From an uncultured Chloroflexia bacterium (GTDB lineage Bacteria; Chloroflexota; Limnocylindria; QHBO01): a DNA stretch of 64,000 nucleotides. Shown one piece after another: positions 30,971 to 41,531 of this stretch. Below the pieces are notes generated by a model, which worked only from the letters and a program-made list of their open reading frames with translations, ran no database searches and was not told where the DNA came from. Positions within the stretch are counted from its first letter, which is position 1. Each line of letters starts with the position of its first letter. The stretch lies in NCBI GenBank assembly GCA_963704115.1, contig CAVPGY010000007.1, positions 48,658 to 112,657 on the forward strand. Reading direction: 5' to 3'. The translations under genes were made by a program, and so were the position numbers.

Positions 30971-32641
30971 CTACCGCTCGTCGCGACGGACGGGCAGCCG
31001 GCGACCCCGGATGCTGGCTGCGTTCAATGCCCGCACCACGTCGTCCGCGACCTCGTCCGGCACCTCGACCAGGGCGAACCGATCGCCGATCTCGATCGCT
31101 CCGATCGCCCGACCCGCGATGCCCGCTTCGTTGGCGATCGCCCCGACGATGTCGGCCGGTCGCAGCCCGAGCTCCCGCCCACCGCCGATGAAGAGCCGCG
31201 TCATCCCGGCGCCATCGCGATAGGCGCGGGCGCCGCGCCCCCCCGGGATCCGTGGCGGCGGGCTCACCTGCGGCCGCAGCGTGACATCCGGCAGCTCGAC
31301 CTCCTCGCGATCGACCCCGCCACCGGCGGCATCGGCCAGGCTGGCGGCGGCGAGGGCGATGTCCACCAGGTCGAACTCCTCGGAGAGCGGCTCGACCACG
31401 GCGCGGTAGCGGTCGAGGTCGTCCCCGAGCAGCGCCTCGCGCAGCGACGCGTCGAGCAGCTCCAGCCGGCGCGCCCGCAGGTCGGCCACCGTCGGCAGGC
31501 GCGCGATCTCGATCTTCCGCTTCAGCAGGCGTTCGATGTTGCGCAGCAGCCGCTGCTCGCGGGGCTCCACCAGCGTGATCGCCATCCCCTTGCGACCCGC
31601 CCGGCCGGTGCGGCCGATTCGGTGCAGGTAGGCCTCGGGATCCGAGGGCACGTCGTAGTTCACGACGTGGGAGACCTGCTCGATGTCCAGGCCGCGCGCC
31701 GCGACGTCGGTCGCGACGAGCACCCCGATGGCGCCGTCGCGGAACCGGGCCATCACCCGGTCGCGCTGCTCCTGGGCGAGCCCACCGTGGAGGGCGGCAG
31801 TGTCATGACCGCGCCCCGCGAGCGCCTCGGCGAGCTCGTCGACCTCCAGGCGCGTGCGGGCAAAGATCAGCACCGACGTCGGCGCCTCGACATCGAGGAT
31901 GCGGGTGAGGGCGGCGAGCTTGTGCGGCCGGGTCGTGACGTAGGCGACCTGGCGGACGAGTGGCCGGCCCTCGGTGGCGGCGACGTCGTGGACGACGGTG
32001 ATGCGAACCGCGTCCCGCAGGTGCCGCGCGGCGATGCGGGCGATGCCCGGCGAGATCGTCGCCGAGAAGAGCGCCGTCTGCCGCTCCGCGGACGCCGCCT
32101 GGAGGATGATCTCGAGATCCTCGGCGAAGCCCATGTCGAGCATCTCGTCGGCCTCGTCGAGCCCAACGAACCGGACCTGGTCGAGCCGCAGCGATCCGCG
32201 CTTCAGGTGGTCGACCGCACGGCCGGGTGTCGCGACGACCACGTCCACGCCTCGCTTCAGGCGCCCGAGCTGCTGCCCGATCGACTGGCCCCCGTAGACC
32301 GGCAGCACGCTGGCATCAAGGCCACGCCCGTACCGATGGACCGCCTGGGCGACCTGCATCGCCAGCTCGCGCGTCGGGACCAGGATCAGCGCCGCCGGCG
32401 CCCCGCCCTCGGTCTTGGCCAGGCCCTGGAGCATGGGCAGGGCGAAGGCCGCCGTCTTGCCGGTGCCGGTGGGCGCCTCCGCCAGCAGGTCACGGCCGGC
32501 AAGCAGTGGCGGAATCGCCTCGCGCTGGATCGGGGTCGGCTCCTCGTAGCCGAGCTCGGCCAGGCTTTCGAGCAGCTCGGCGCGCAGCCCGAGCTGGGCG
32601 AAGCCATCGGCGCGTTGCCCGACGACGATCGCGTCCGTCAC
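30971..32641 (-). CDS. deaD: DEAD-box RNA helicase with DbpA RNA-binding domain (DeaD/CsdA-like)
   Basis: [33 protein letters not shown]; C-term RLFIGGG...IGAIEI; start approximate. Confidence 0.85.
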   Translation of the reverse strand: MTDAIVVGQRADGFAQLGLRAELLESLAELGYEEPTPIQREAIPPLLAGRDLLAEAPTGTGKTAAFALPMLQGLAKTEGGAPAALILVPTRELAMQVAQAVHRYGRGLDASVLPVYGGQSIGQQLGRLKRGVDVVVATPGRAVDHLKRGSLRLDQVRFVGLDEADEMLDMGFAEDLEIILQAASAERQTALFSATISPGIARIAARHLRDAVRITVVHDVAATEGRPLVRQVAYVTTRPHKLAALTRILDVEAPTSVLIFARTRLEVDELAEALAGRGHDTAALHGGLAQEQRDRVMARFRDGAIGVLVATDVAARGLDIEQVSHVVNYDVPSDPEAYLHRIGRTGRAGRKGMAITLVEPREQRLLRNIERLLKRKIEIARLPTVADLRARRLELLDASLREALLGDDLDRYRAVVEPLSEEFDLVDIALAAASLADAAGGGVDREEVELPDVTLRPQVSPPPRIPGGRGARAYRDGAGMTRLFIGGGRELGLRPADIVGAIANEAGIAGRAIGAIEIGDRFALVEVPDEVADDVVRALNAASIRGRRLPVRRDER

Positions 32642-32840
32642 GAGCCAGCTTCCAGGGGACTGGGCCGGCGCAGGGTGGTGCCACTCATCGCTCGGGCGAC
32701 GCGGGCGATGAACCTGTCGACGAGGTGGTGCGCTGGCATGCGACAAGGGTACGGCACGGTCGAGGATGTCGACGGGCGGGTTGTATGGGTCGACGGGGGC
32801 GATTGATCGGGCTTGACCGCGCATGAGGCGGTTGTGGAGG

Positions 32841-33270
32841 CGCTCACGCTCCGGCAGATCGGGCACCCGGGCGCATCGGCCCGCGCTCACGTCCTCCCCG
32901 GCCGATAGATCGGGCACGCGGGCGCATCGGCCCGCGCTCACGTCCTCCCCGCCCGATAGATCGGGCACCCGGGCGCATCGGCCCGCGCTCAGTCCTCCCC
33001 GGCCGATAGATCGGGCACGCGGGCGCGGATCGCACCCGGCCCTGAGCCTCCATGCCCGATCTGTCGGGCATCGGCGTGCCGCATCGACGGCATGCGCCTC
33101 CGTGCCCGATCTTCGGGCATCGGCGTGCAGATGGCCCCTCGTGAGCCTCCATGCCCGATCTGTCGGGCATCGGCGTGCCGCAATCGACGACATGCGCCTC
33201 CGTGCCCGATCTATCGGGCATCGACCCGAGCCAATCGACGACATGCCGCCTCGGCGCCCGATCTATCGGC
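32841..33270. repeat. Intergenic ~51-bp-period palindromic repeat array, 4 copies in one orientation then 5 in the other
   Basis: AGATCGGGCAC at 32856, 32907, 32958, 33008; its reverse complement within GCCTCCRTGCCCGATCT(R)TCGG starting near 33046, 33096, 33145, 33196, 33248. Confidence 0.9.
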
Positions 33271-33324
33271 TCGCGGGAAGTGAGTGCAACTGGCTGGTAC
33301 GCGGCCACGCACTACCATCGGCCC

Positions 33325-35266
33325 ATGGATCCCGAGGCCATCCTGGCCGGCCTGAACGAGGAGCAGCGAGCGGCTGCCACCGCCACATCCGGACCGGTCG
33401 TCATCCTCGCCGGCGCCGGCACCGGGAAGACGCGTGTGATCAGCCACCGCGTGGCGTACGCCGCCGCAACGGCTGCGATCGACCCGAAGCAGGCGCTGAT
33501 CGTCACCTTCACCGAGAAGGCCGCAGCGGAGATGAAGCATCGGCTCACCGGCCTGGGGCTGCCGCAGGTCCAGGCCTCGACGTTTCATGCGGCCGCCCGC
33601 CGCCAGCTCGCGCATTTCTGGCCGATCACCCGCGGCGAGCCGCTGCCCGAGGTGCTCGACACGAAGCTGCGGATCATCGGTCCGTTGGCGCGTTCGCTGC
33701 CGGGTGGCTACAAGTTCACGCCCGCCAAGGACCTGGCGGACGAGATCGAGTGGGCGAAGGTCCGCCGCCAGACCCCCGCGACCTACGCTCCCGAGCGCGA
33801 GCCACCCGTCCCCGCAGACGTCTTCACCGGTCTGTGGCGTCGCTACGAGGGGGCGAAGCAACGCGCGAACCGCATCGACTTCGAGGACATGCTGACCCTC
33901 GCGGTCGAGCTGTACGAGACCGATGCCGATGCGCTGGCGCTCACGCATCGGCGCTACAGCTGGTTCAGCGTCGACGAGTACCAGGACACGAACCGGCTCC
34001 AGGAGGACCTGCTGCGGCTGTGGCTCGGCGACCGCCGCGACCTGTGCGTGGTCGGCGATCCCGACCAGACGATCTACTCCTTCACCGGCGCGTCCAGCGA
34101 CTACCTGCTCACCTTCGCGGACCGATACGCCGATGCGCGCGTCGTCCGCCTCTCGCAGAACTACCGCAGCAGCCCGCAGGTCATCGCCCTGGCCAACCGG
34201 CTCATCCCCGGTCGCGAGCTGCGTTCGACGCGGGCCTGATGGACCGGAACCGGAGCTCCGCGCCTTCGCGGATGGCGACGACGAGGTCGCGGCACTGGTG
34301 GCGCGCATCCGGATGCCCGAGGTGCCGCTGCCCGAGGTGGCCGTGCTCGTCCGGACGAACGCCCAGCTGGTCGGGCTGGAGGCGGCACTCACCGCCGCCG
34401 AGATCCCGTTCACCGTCCGCGGCGTTCGATTCTTCGCCCGCCCCGACGTCCGCGCTGCCATGCGTGCGCTCCGGACCGATGCGGTCGGGCGCCTGACGCG
34501 GATCGTGGCGACGCGCTGGCGGACCGAGCTCGGCTTCGACGAGAAGGAGCCGCCGGGGCCCGGCGCGGAGGCCCGTGACCGTCATGCCGCGCTGACGACG
34601 TTGCTCGCCATCGCCCGTCAGCTCGAGACGGCGCAGCCGGATGCCACGGTGGCGGACTACCTCGCCGAACTTGCGCGGCGCGATGCCGACGAGGCCGCTG
34701 CCGATGCCGGCGGCCGCGGAGTGACCCTGTCGACGCTCCACCGGGCCAAGGGCCTCGAGTGGGACGCCGTCTTCCTCCCCCAGCTCGAGGAGGGCACGCT
34801 GCCGATCCGGCAGTCCTCCGACGGCGCGGCCCTGGCCGAGGAGCGGCGCCTCCTCTACGTCGGCATCACGCGCGCGCGGCGGCACCTGGTGCTGTCGTGG
34901 GCGGCGACGCGGATCGGCGCGAAGGGCACGTCGGTGCGGGCGCGACCATCACGATTCATCGCGGAGCTGCGGCCCGGCGCCGTGGCGCGCCCGGCTCCCA
35001 AGCCCGGTCGTGGTGGTTCGGCGCCGGCGACCTTCGATCTCTCACCGGCTGACGAGCCGCTCCTCGCCGCGCTCATCGAGTGGCGCCGCCAACGCGCCCG
35101 CGCCGACGGGGTGCCCGCGTACGTGGTGGCGGACAACAAGACCCTCGCCGCCATTGCGGTGCGGCGGCCATCGGACGCGGGCGGGCTGCTCGGCGTGCCC
35201 GGCATCGGGCAACGCAAGGTGGCGGCTTACGGTGACGAGATCCTCGGAATCGTCCGCTCCGCGTGA
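33325..35266 (+). CDS. uvrD: UvrD/REP helicase with HRDC domain (UvrD2-like), one frameshift near 34235
   Basis: AGAGTGKT, VDEYQD, VGDPDQTIYSF, NYRS in the first frame; STLHRAKGLEW, LYVGITRA and HRDC in the second frame. Confidence 0.85.
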
Positions 35267-35304
35267 GGCTGCGATGCTCAGGAGAGGCGGGGGCCGGTGG
35301 ACGC

Positions 35305-37658
35305 CTATCCGACGGCCGAGAGCTGGCGCCGCAGATGGTCCCCGGTGAGCGAACCCTCGGCTCGCGCCAGCTCACCAGGCGGCCCCTCGAAGACCACGCG
35401 CCCGCCATCGTGGCCGGCCCCGGGGCCGAGGTCGATCACCCAGTCCGCCCGCGCCACCACGTCGAGGTTGTGCTCGATCACGATCACCGTCCGCCCCGAC
35501 TCGACCAGCCGGTCCAGCAGGCCGATGAGGTTGTCGACGTCGTGCATGTGCAGCCCCGAAGTCGGCTCGTCCAGGACGTAGACCTCCGCGTCGCCCGACA
35601 TCTCGATCGCCAGCTTGAGCCGCTGCCGCTCCCCGCCCGACAGCGTGTTCAGCATCTGCCCCAGCGTGACGTACCCCAGCCCAACGTCCACCAGCCGGTC
35701 GAGCATGACCCGCACCGAGCGTTCGGTGAAGAAGGCGGCAGCTTCCTCGATCGGCATCTCGAGCACATCGGAGATCGAGCGCTCGCGCAATCGGTACTGC
35801 AGCACCTCATCGGTAAAGCGCCGGCCCTCGCAGAGCTCGCACGTCGAGACGACGCCCGCCATGAAGGCGAGGTCGGTGTAGATCTGCCCGAGGCCCCGGC
35901 ACTCGGGGCACGCCCCCTCCGAGTTCGCGCTGAACAACGCCGGCTTCACCTTGTTGGCCGATGCAAACGCCTTGCGGATCGGCTCCAGGATCCCGGTGTA
36001 GGTGGCCGGGTTCGATCGTCGCGAGCCGCGGATGGCGGACTGGTCGATGAAGGTGACCGACGGATCGGTCCGCGGCAGGCACCCGCGGATCAGCGACGAC
36101 TTGCCCGATCCCGCCACGCCGGTCACCGCCACGAGCACGCCGGTCGGCACGTCGACCGACACGTCGTGGAGGTTGTGGAGCGACGCCCCGCGGATCGGTA
36201 TGGCGCCCTTCGGCGACCGCACCGCTCGCCTTCAGACTCTGCCGGACCTCGAGGTGCTGCCCGGTGAGCGTGCCCGATGCCGCGAGGCCCGCGAACGGCC
36301 CCTGGTACACGACTTCGCCCCCGTGCGAGCCGGCGCCGGGGCCCATGTCGACCACCTGGTCCGCGATCCGCATGACCTCCGGCTCGTGCTCGACCACCAG
36401 GACGGTGTTGCCCTTGTCCCGGAGGCGCTGCAGCAATCCGTTCATCTGCTGCACGTCGTGGGCATGGAGGCCGATCGTCGGCTCGTCGAACACGTAGGTC
36501 ACATCGGTCAACGAGCGAGCCGAGGTGGCGGACCATCTTCGTACGCTGTGCCTCGCCACCGGAAAGCGACGAGGACTCTCGATCGAGCGACAGGTACCCG
36601 AGGCCGATGCGCACGAAGTGATCGAGGACCGCGCCGAGCTGCTCGATCATCGGCCGGGCGCCGCCGGCATCCAGTCCACCCAGCCAGTCGGCCAGGTCGG
36701 TGATCTGCATCCGCGCGCAGTCGGCGATCGATCTCCCGCCGATCAGGGACGACCGCGCCACCGCGTTCAGCCGCGTGCCGTCGCAGGCCGGACACGCCTG
36801 CGAGGTCGAGATGCGCTCCACCGCCGCGCGCAGCCCCGGCTGGAGCGATTCGGGATCCTTGACCAGGTAGAGCCGGCGGATCTTGTCGACCAGCCCCTCG
36901 TAGGTGAGGGTCACGAGCTCCGTCTTCACCTTTGCCTCCGGGCCGTGAAGCAGGCGCTCCATCTCGGCATCGGTGAAGTCGCGCAGCGGCTTGCTGTTGT
37001 CGAAGAAGCCGGAGTCCGTGAAGATCCGGTGGTACCACGTCCCGACCGTGAAGTTGGGGAACGTGATGGCACCCTCGTTGAGACTCTTGTCGCGATCCAC
37101 CAGCTGCTCCACGTCGACGGTCGAGGCGCGCCCGAGCCCCTCGCACTCGGCGCACATGCCGCCGGTGATCGTGATCTCGCGCTGCTCCGTCGTTCCCGTT
37201 CCGCGCTCGAGCGTGATCTCGCCACTGATCGTCCCGGCGGGAATGTTGAAGCTGAAGGCTGACGAGGATCCGATGCTCGGCTGCCCCAGCCGGCTGAAGA
37301 TGACGCGCAGCATGTCGTACGCATCGGTGGCGGTGCCGACCGTCGAGCGAGCGTTGGCGCCCATGCGCTCCTGGTCGACGATGATCGCCGGCGTCAGGTT
37401 CTCCAGCTGGTCGACGTCGGGCCGCGGGGGCGTGGCCATGAAGCCCTGGAGGAAGGCCGAGTAGGTCTCGTTGATGAGCCGCTGCGACTCCGCCGCGATC
37501 GTCTCGAAGACCAGGCTGCTCTTCCCACTGCCGGACACCCCGGTGAAGACCGTCAGCTTCCGCTTGGGGATGCTGAGTGTGACCTCGCGCAGGTTGTTCT
37601 CGCGCGCGCCCCGGACCTGGATCGCGCCCCACGGCGTGGGTTGCTCGTCGTTGCTCAT
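35305..37658 (-). CDS. UvrA-like ABC ATPase (class II/DrrC-like), two frameshifts near 36515 and 36222
   Basis: [52 protein letters not shown] spread over three frames. Confidence 0.85.
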
Positions 37659-38024
37659 TCGCTCCCCGGCTGTATCGGCGCATCTTGCCGCATCTCAATG
37701 GACCGGGTCGGCGGCCGAACCTCAGCGCGACCGGCCGCGGTCTCCGTGGCCGCATGCAGCATCCGGGACTTGGACATTGCGCTCGCTGCGCCCAGTGACC
37801 GGGGCCGGGAGCCTGGCGTTGGATTGGGCGCGCAGGCGCGCGTCAGGTGGGAAGTGGCCTGCCGCTGCGCGCGATTTACGCTCAGCCGCGGCTGGCTGGA
37901 GCCGAATCGCACTTGCGTAGCGCCTCCGTACGAGCACATTGCCCAGGATCGCGAGTCCCGCCCCACGCACGGCCCAAGTCCTGCAATGGGCCGATGCATT
38001 GGCATCCACAGCGGAGACGGCCCG

Positions 38025-38462
38025 ATGAGAGACCACGACAAGAACCTGATCGATCACGTGAAGGACGCCCTGGGCATGGGCGACGAGCACGGCACGCAGG
38101 ACGACCACCGCACACACGACGACCACGACCGCCACGCCGACGCGGACGAGGAACCCCATCGGCGCGGCGCCGCGATCGGCGTGGATGGCGCCGCACAGGC
38201 CGGATCCGAGGGGATCAGCGGCGGCATGGGCGCCTCGGGCGCCATGGGTGGCGCCGGTGCCGGCGGCCCGGTGGGTGCGACGCCGGATCCCAGCGAGGAG
38301 ATCGTGGTGCCGGCCGACGGCAACCGCGTTCGTACCGAGTACGAGATGGGCCACGAGTTCGACCCGCAGCACGAGCAGGTGGCCGACAGCGGCCTCTTTG
38401 CCGAGCGCCGCGGCGACGCGGTGGTCGACACCTGGCGCGAGGACGACCGCCGGGAGCCGTAG
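38025..38462 (+). CDS. Acidic His/Gly-rich hydrophilic hypothetical protein
   Basis: GGAG RBS; low complexity D/H/G/E composition. Confidence 0.6.
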   Translation: MRDHDKNLIDHVKDALGMGDEHGTQDDHRTHDDHDRHADADEEPHRRGAAIGVDGAAQAGSEGISGGMGASGAMGGAGAGGPVGATPDPSEEIVVPADGNRVRTEYEMGHEFDPQHEQVADSGLFAERRGDAVVDTWREDDRREP

Positions 38463-38579
38463 GCCCGCGCCACATCGGCCGCGGAGACGGCCGTACGTCA
38501 TTCGCCGCTGGACGGCGCCGTCCATCCGGATATCGTGGCCGGATCAACCGGTGACGCACGATGGCCGGAGGAAACCGCG

Positions 38580-39686
38580 ATGTCGTACCGAGACGAGCCG
38601 TCGGAGTCCACATGCGCCTCGTGTGGCGCCCAGCTGACGCCACGCGCGAGCTATTGCCCCGAGTGTGGCGCCGCTCAACCTCGTACGCGGGTCCCGATGG
38701 CCCCACTGCCGGAGGGTCGCCGATGGGGGGTCCCTGTGGCGATCGGGCTTGGCGCCATCGCGGCACTGCTCGGTGGCGCGCTGATCGGCGTGGCGCTCAT
38801 GGGCTCGCCAGACGGTACGGCCAGCGATCCGTCGCCCACCGCCACGGCGACTGCGTCAGCCGACACCCCGACCGCCGGCCCCAGCCATACCCTGGATCCA
38901 AGCCCTTCGCCGAGCGCGTCGGAAGCCACGGCCGCTGCCCCGATCCCGAATCGTGCCGTCGTCGAGGTGGCGACCGACGGCCTGACCCTTCGCGCGGCCG
39001 CTGCCGACGAATCGGAGTCGTTGCTCACCCTCGAGCGTGGGCGCCGCCTGTTCATCATCGGCGAGCCCAGCGACGGATCGGAGCTGCGCTGGTATCGCGT
39101 CGCCCCGTTCGACGACATCGAGGGCTGCGAGGGCGGCTGCGGACTCATCGGCTTCGTCGCCACCCCGCTCAGCGACGACGAGGAGCCATGGATCGAGCGC
39201 GTCGAGGTCTCCTGCCCCTCATCGCCGACGACCGCGGCCGAGATCGGAGTTCTCGACCCGCTTGAAGCGCTGCACTGCTACGGCCGCAACGAGATCGAGA
39301 TCACCGGCACGCTCGATCTGCCGATCCATGGACCGATCAGCCCGTTCCGCTACTCCCCCGCCTGGCTGACCCAGGGCTCGCTGCTGTTCATGCGCGAAGC
39401 GTGGTGGATCACGTATCGGCCACATCCGGAAGCCGATCTGGAGGAGCCGGAACGCGGCGACGTCGTCAGGGTGACCGGCCACTTCGAGGATCCGGCGGCC
39501 GCCGACTGCCGCGTCACCGTCGACCCGGACTTCTTCGGTGGCGAGATCCCCGACAGCTTCGAGTCGACGGTCATCCCGGCACGTGTGGTGCTCGACTGCC
39601 GAACGGCCTTTGCCTGGACCGACTACGAGGTCATCGGGTTCGAGGACCTCGGTGAGTGCTGCGGCCTACCTAAGCCCTCACCCTGA
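38580..39686 (+). CDS. Membrane-anchored protein: zinc ribbon, TM, S/T/P linker, SH3-like domain, Cys-containing C-terminal domain
   Basis: CASCG...YCPECG; TM GVPVAIGLGAIAALLGG; LTLRAAA...RWYRV; VTGHFEDPAAADCR. Confidence 0.75.
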   Translation: MSYRDEPSESTCASCGAQLTPRASYCPECGAAQPRTRVPMAPLPEGRRWGVPVAIGLGAIAALLGGALIGVALMGSPDGTASDPSPTATATASADTPTAGPSHTLDPSPSPSASEATAAAPIPNRAVVEVATDGLTLRAAAADESESLLTLERGRRLFIIGEPSDGSELRWYRVAPFDDIEGCEGGCGLIGFVATPLSDDEEPWIERVEVSCPSSPTTAAEIGVLDPLEALHCYGRNEIEITGTLDLPIHGPISPFRYSPAWLTQGSLLFMREAWWITYRPHPEADLEEPERGDVVRVTGHFEDPAAADCRVTVDPDFFGGEIPDSFESTVIPARVVLDCRTAFAWTDYEVIGFEDLGECCGLPKPSP

Positions 39687-39974
39687 TCGGCTGTTCGCTG
39701 GGCTTGACACCCCGGCAGCCACTCCAGTGCGCGCATGGCGATGAGCAGCTCAGCGCTCGTCGGACGCTTGCCGCGTCGTGCTGCGCGACAAACGGCCGAC
39801 GCCAATGGCGCCAAGGCGCCCCGTAGGCAACGAAGACGAAGGGGCCCCGGCGCATCCGAGGCCTTTTCCGTGCCATCCGCCACCACTGGCCATCGATCTG
39901 GCATCCGATCTGCATGTTCGGCGGACGTTTTTCTGGCCTTCGAGCCGTTGGCTGCTTACCGAGCAGGGAGACCG

Positions 39975-40688
39975 ATGAACGCCGAGCTTCAGAGTGCACC
40001 CGGACCCGACGCGGATCCGCTCCGCGTCCTGCTGGTCGACAACGACGAGGACATCACGGCCCTCGTCACGGCCATCCTCAACGACGACGGATATGCCGTC
40101 ACCACGCTCAATGACACCGATCACGCATCGGTCGCCGCCGCGGTCGGGCGCGTGGAACCCGACTGCATCCTCCTCGACGGCGCGGAGGGACCCGCCTTCG
40201 GCGGCAGCTGGGGCGAGGCGGCGTACCTGTCGCGCCGGGATCGGCCCGTGCCCGCGGTGATGTTCACCGGGCATGCGCGCGCCGTCACCGAAGCGCGCGA
40301 GCGAGCCAGCGAGCGCGCCCGCGAGGCCGACTTCGCGGCCATCGTGCCCAAGCCGTTCTCACTCGACGAGCTGCTGGACGCCGTCGAGGCGGCCGCCGGT
40401 CGATCGCAGCGGTTCGATCGGTCTGAAGAGGCCGACCGCCGGCGCACGGAGCAGCTGGTGGTGGAGCTCCGGGCCGCCGGCGCCACCGACATCCGCACCA
40501 GCGAGCGACGCGAGTGGGCGACCTTCACCTCACCGCGCGACGATCGCCTCTACCAGGTCTACTGGTGGCAGCGGCAGGGCCGCTACATGCTCGGCCGATA
40601 TGACGACAGAGCCCGGCTCGAGATGGTCGGGGAGTACTTCGAACGCTCCGCGGCGATCTCGGCGGCCCTGCAGACCACGCCCGTCTGA
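39975..40688 (+). CDS. Response regulator receiver with unknown C-terminal domain
   Basis: VLLVDND, PDCILLD, MFTG, VPKPF; about 90 extra residues with no HTH. Confidence 0.8.
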   Translation: MNAELQSAPGPDADPLRVLLVDNDEDITALVTAILNDDGYAVTTLNDTDHASVAAAVGRVEPDCILLDGAEGPAFGGSWGEAAYLSRRDRPVPAVMFTGHARAVTEARERASERAREADFAAIVPKPFSLDELLDAVEAAAGRSQRFDRSEEADRRRTEQLVVELRAAGATDIRTSERREWATFTSPRDDRLYQVYWWQRQGRYMLGRYDDRARLEMVGEYFERSAAISAALQTTPV

Positions 40689-40740
40689 TCTCGCGCCGCC
40701 GGTCCGACCGGCGTCAATGGGGCGCAGCAGCGCGCGTCGA

Positions 40741-41415
40741 TCAGCGCGGCGCGGCAAACCACCCCGACATCGCGGAGACCAGCGCCGGCGGGCCGTCGGC
40801 GGTGACCGACCCGTCGTCGATCGCATCGGTCCAGGACCGCTGACCACGGGCGACCGGCAGGAGGCCGGCGGCTCCGGCCTCCACGTAGACATAGCGCTCG
40901 TCGCCGATCATCGGATCCTCCAGGCAGAGGTTCGGCTCGTGATCGCGGGCCAGGAGGAGCCACGTTCGGTCCGGGCGCGCCTCGCGCAGGTCGATCTCGA
41001 TCGCCACCTGCCGGGCGGGCGCCGCGGTCCGATCGACGCGGTGCCGGAGCCACCACAGGACGACCGACGGATCGCGCTGCGCCATCGCCGGATCCTCCGG
41101 GATCCAGTGCTCGGCCCAGTCCCAGAGCGACTTCATGGTCGGCAGCAGCTGCTCCCCCGCCGGCGTCAGGCAATACGGCGCGGACCGGCCCGGGACCGAT
41201 GGATCTCGCGCCAGCAGCCCGATCTCCTCGAGCTTGCGCAGCCTGGCGGCCAGGACCGATCGCGAGACTCGCCCCGGCAGGCCGGTCGCCAGGGTGTTGA
41301 AGCCCTGCGGACCGAACTGGGCCAGCTCGCGGACGATGAGCAGGCTCCATCGGTCTCCCAGGTGCTCCACCGCCTTGGTGAAGGCGCAGTACTCGGTCTG
41401 CTCGGCTGAGCTCAT
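40741..41415 (-). CDS. HxlR family winged-helix regulator with C-terminal extension
   Basis: YCAFTKAVEHLGDRWSLLIVREL, RSVLAARLRKLEEIGL, YCLTPAG. Confidence 0.85.
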   Translation of the reverse strand: MSSAEQTEYCAFTKAVEHLGDRWSLLIVRELAQFGPQGFNTLATGLPGRVSRSVLAARLRKLEEIGLLARDPSVPGRSAPYCLTPAGEQLLPTMKSLWDWAEHWIPEDPAMAQRDPSVVLWWLRHRVDRTAAPARQVAIEIDLREARPDRTWLLLARDHEPNLCLEDPMIGDERYVYVEAGAAGLLPVARGQRSWTDAIDDGSVTADGPPALVSAMSGWFAAPR

Positions 41416-41531
41416 GGCCGGTGCATTGTCCCACCGTGGGGCGAACGGCGAGCCAGTTCTCGATCCGAACTTCCCGCCGGGGTGGCGCGGCGCGACCATG
41501 GAGGACACCACGCACACATCGGGGAAGCATC

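Noticed and set aside
30971-33244. 190-aa repetitive N-terminal extension of DeaD
   Set aside because: It is a read-through of the intergenic repeat array; helicase homology starts near 32641.
32841-33270. CRISPR array
   Set aside because: Linkers are only about 21-24 nt and resemble each other, orientation flips mid-array, and there are no cas genes in the window.
34201-34260. Programmed frameshift in uvrD
   Set aside because: No slippery heptamer, and many similar indels occur nearby, so a sequence error is more likely.
39780-39850. c-di-GMP-I riboswitch
   Set aside because: GACAAAC...GACGCCAA is suggestive but lacks the intervening GNRA stem-loop and P2.
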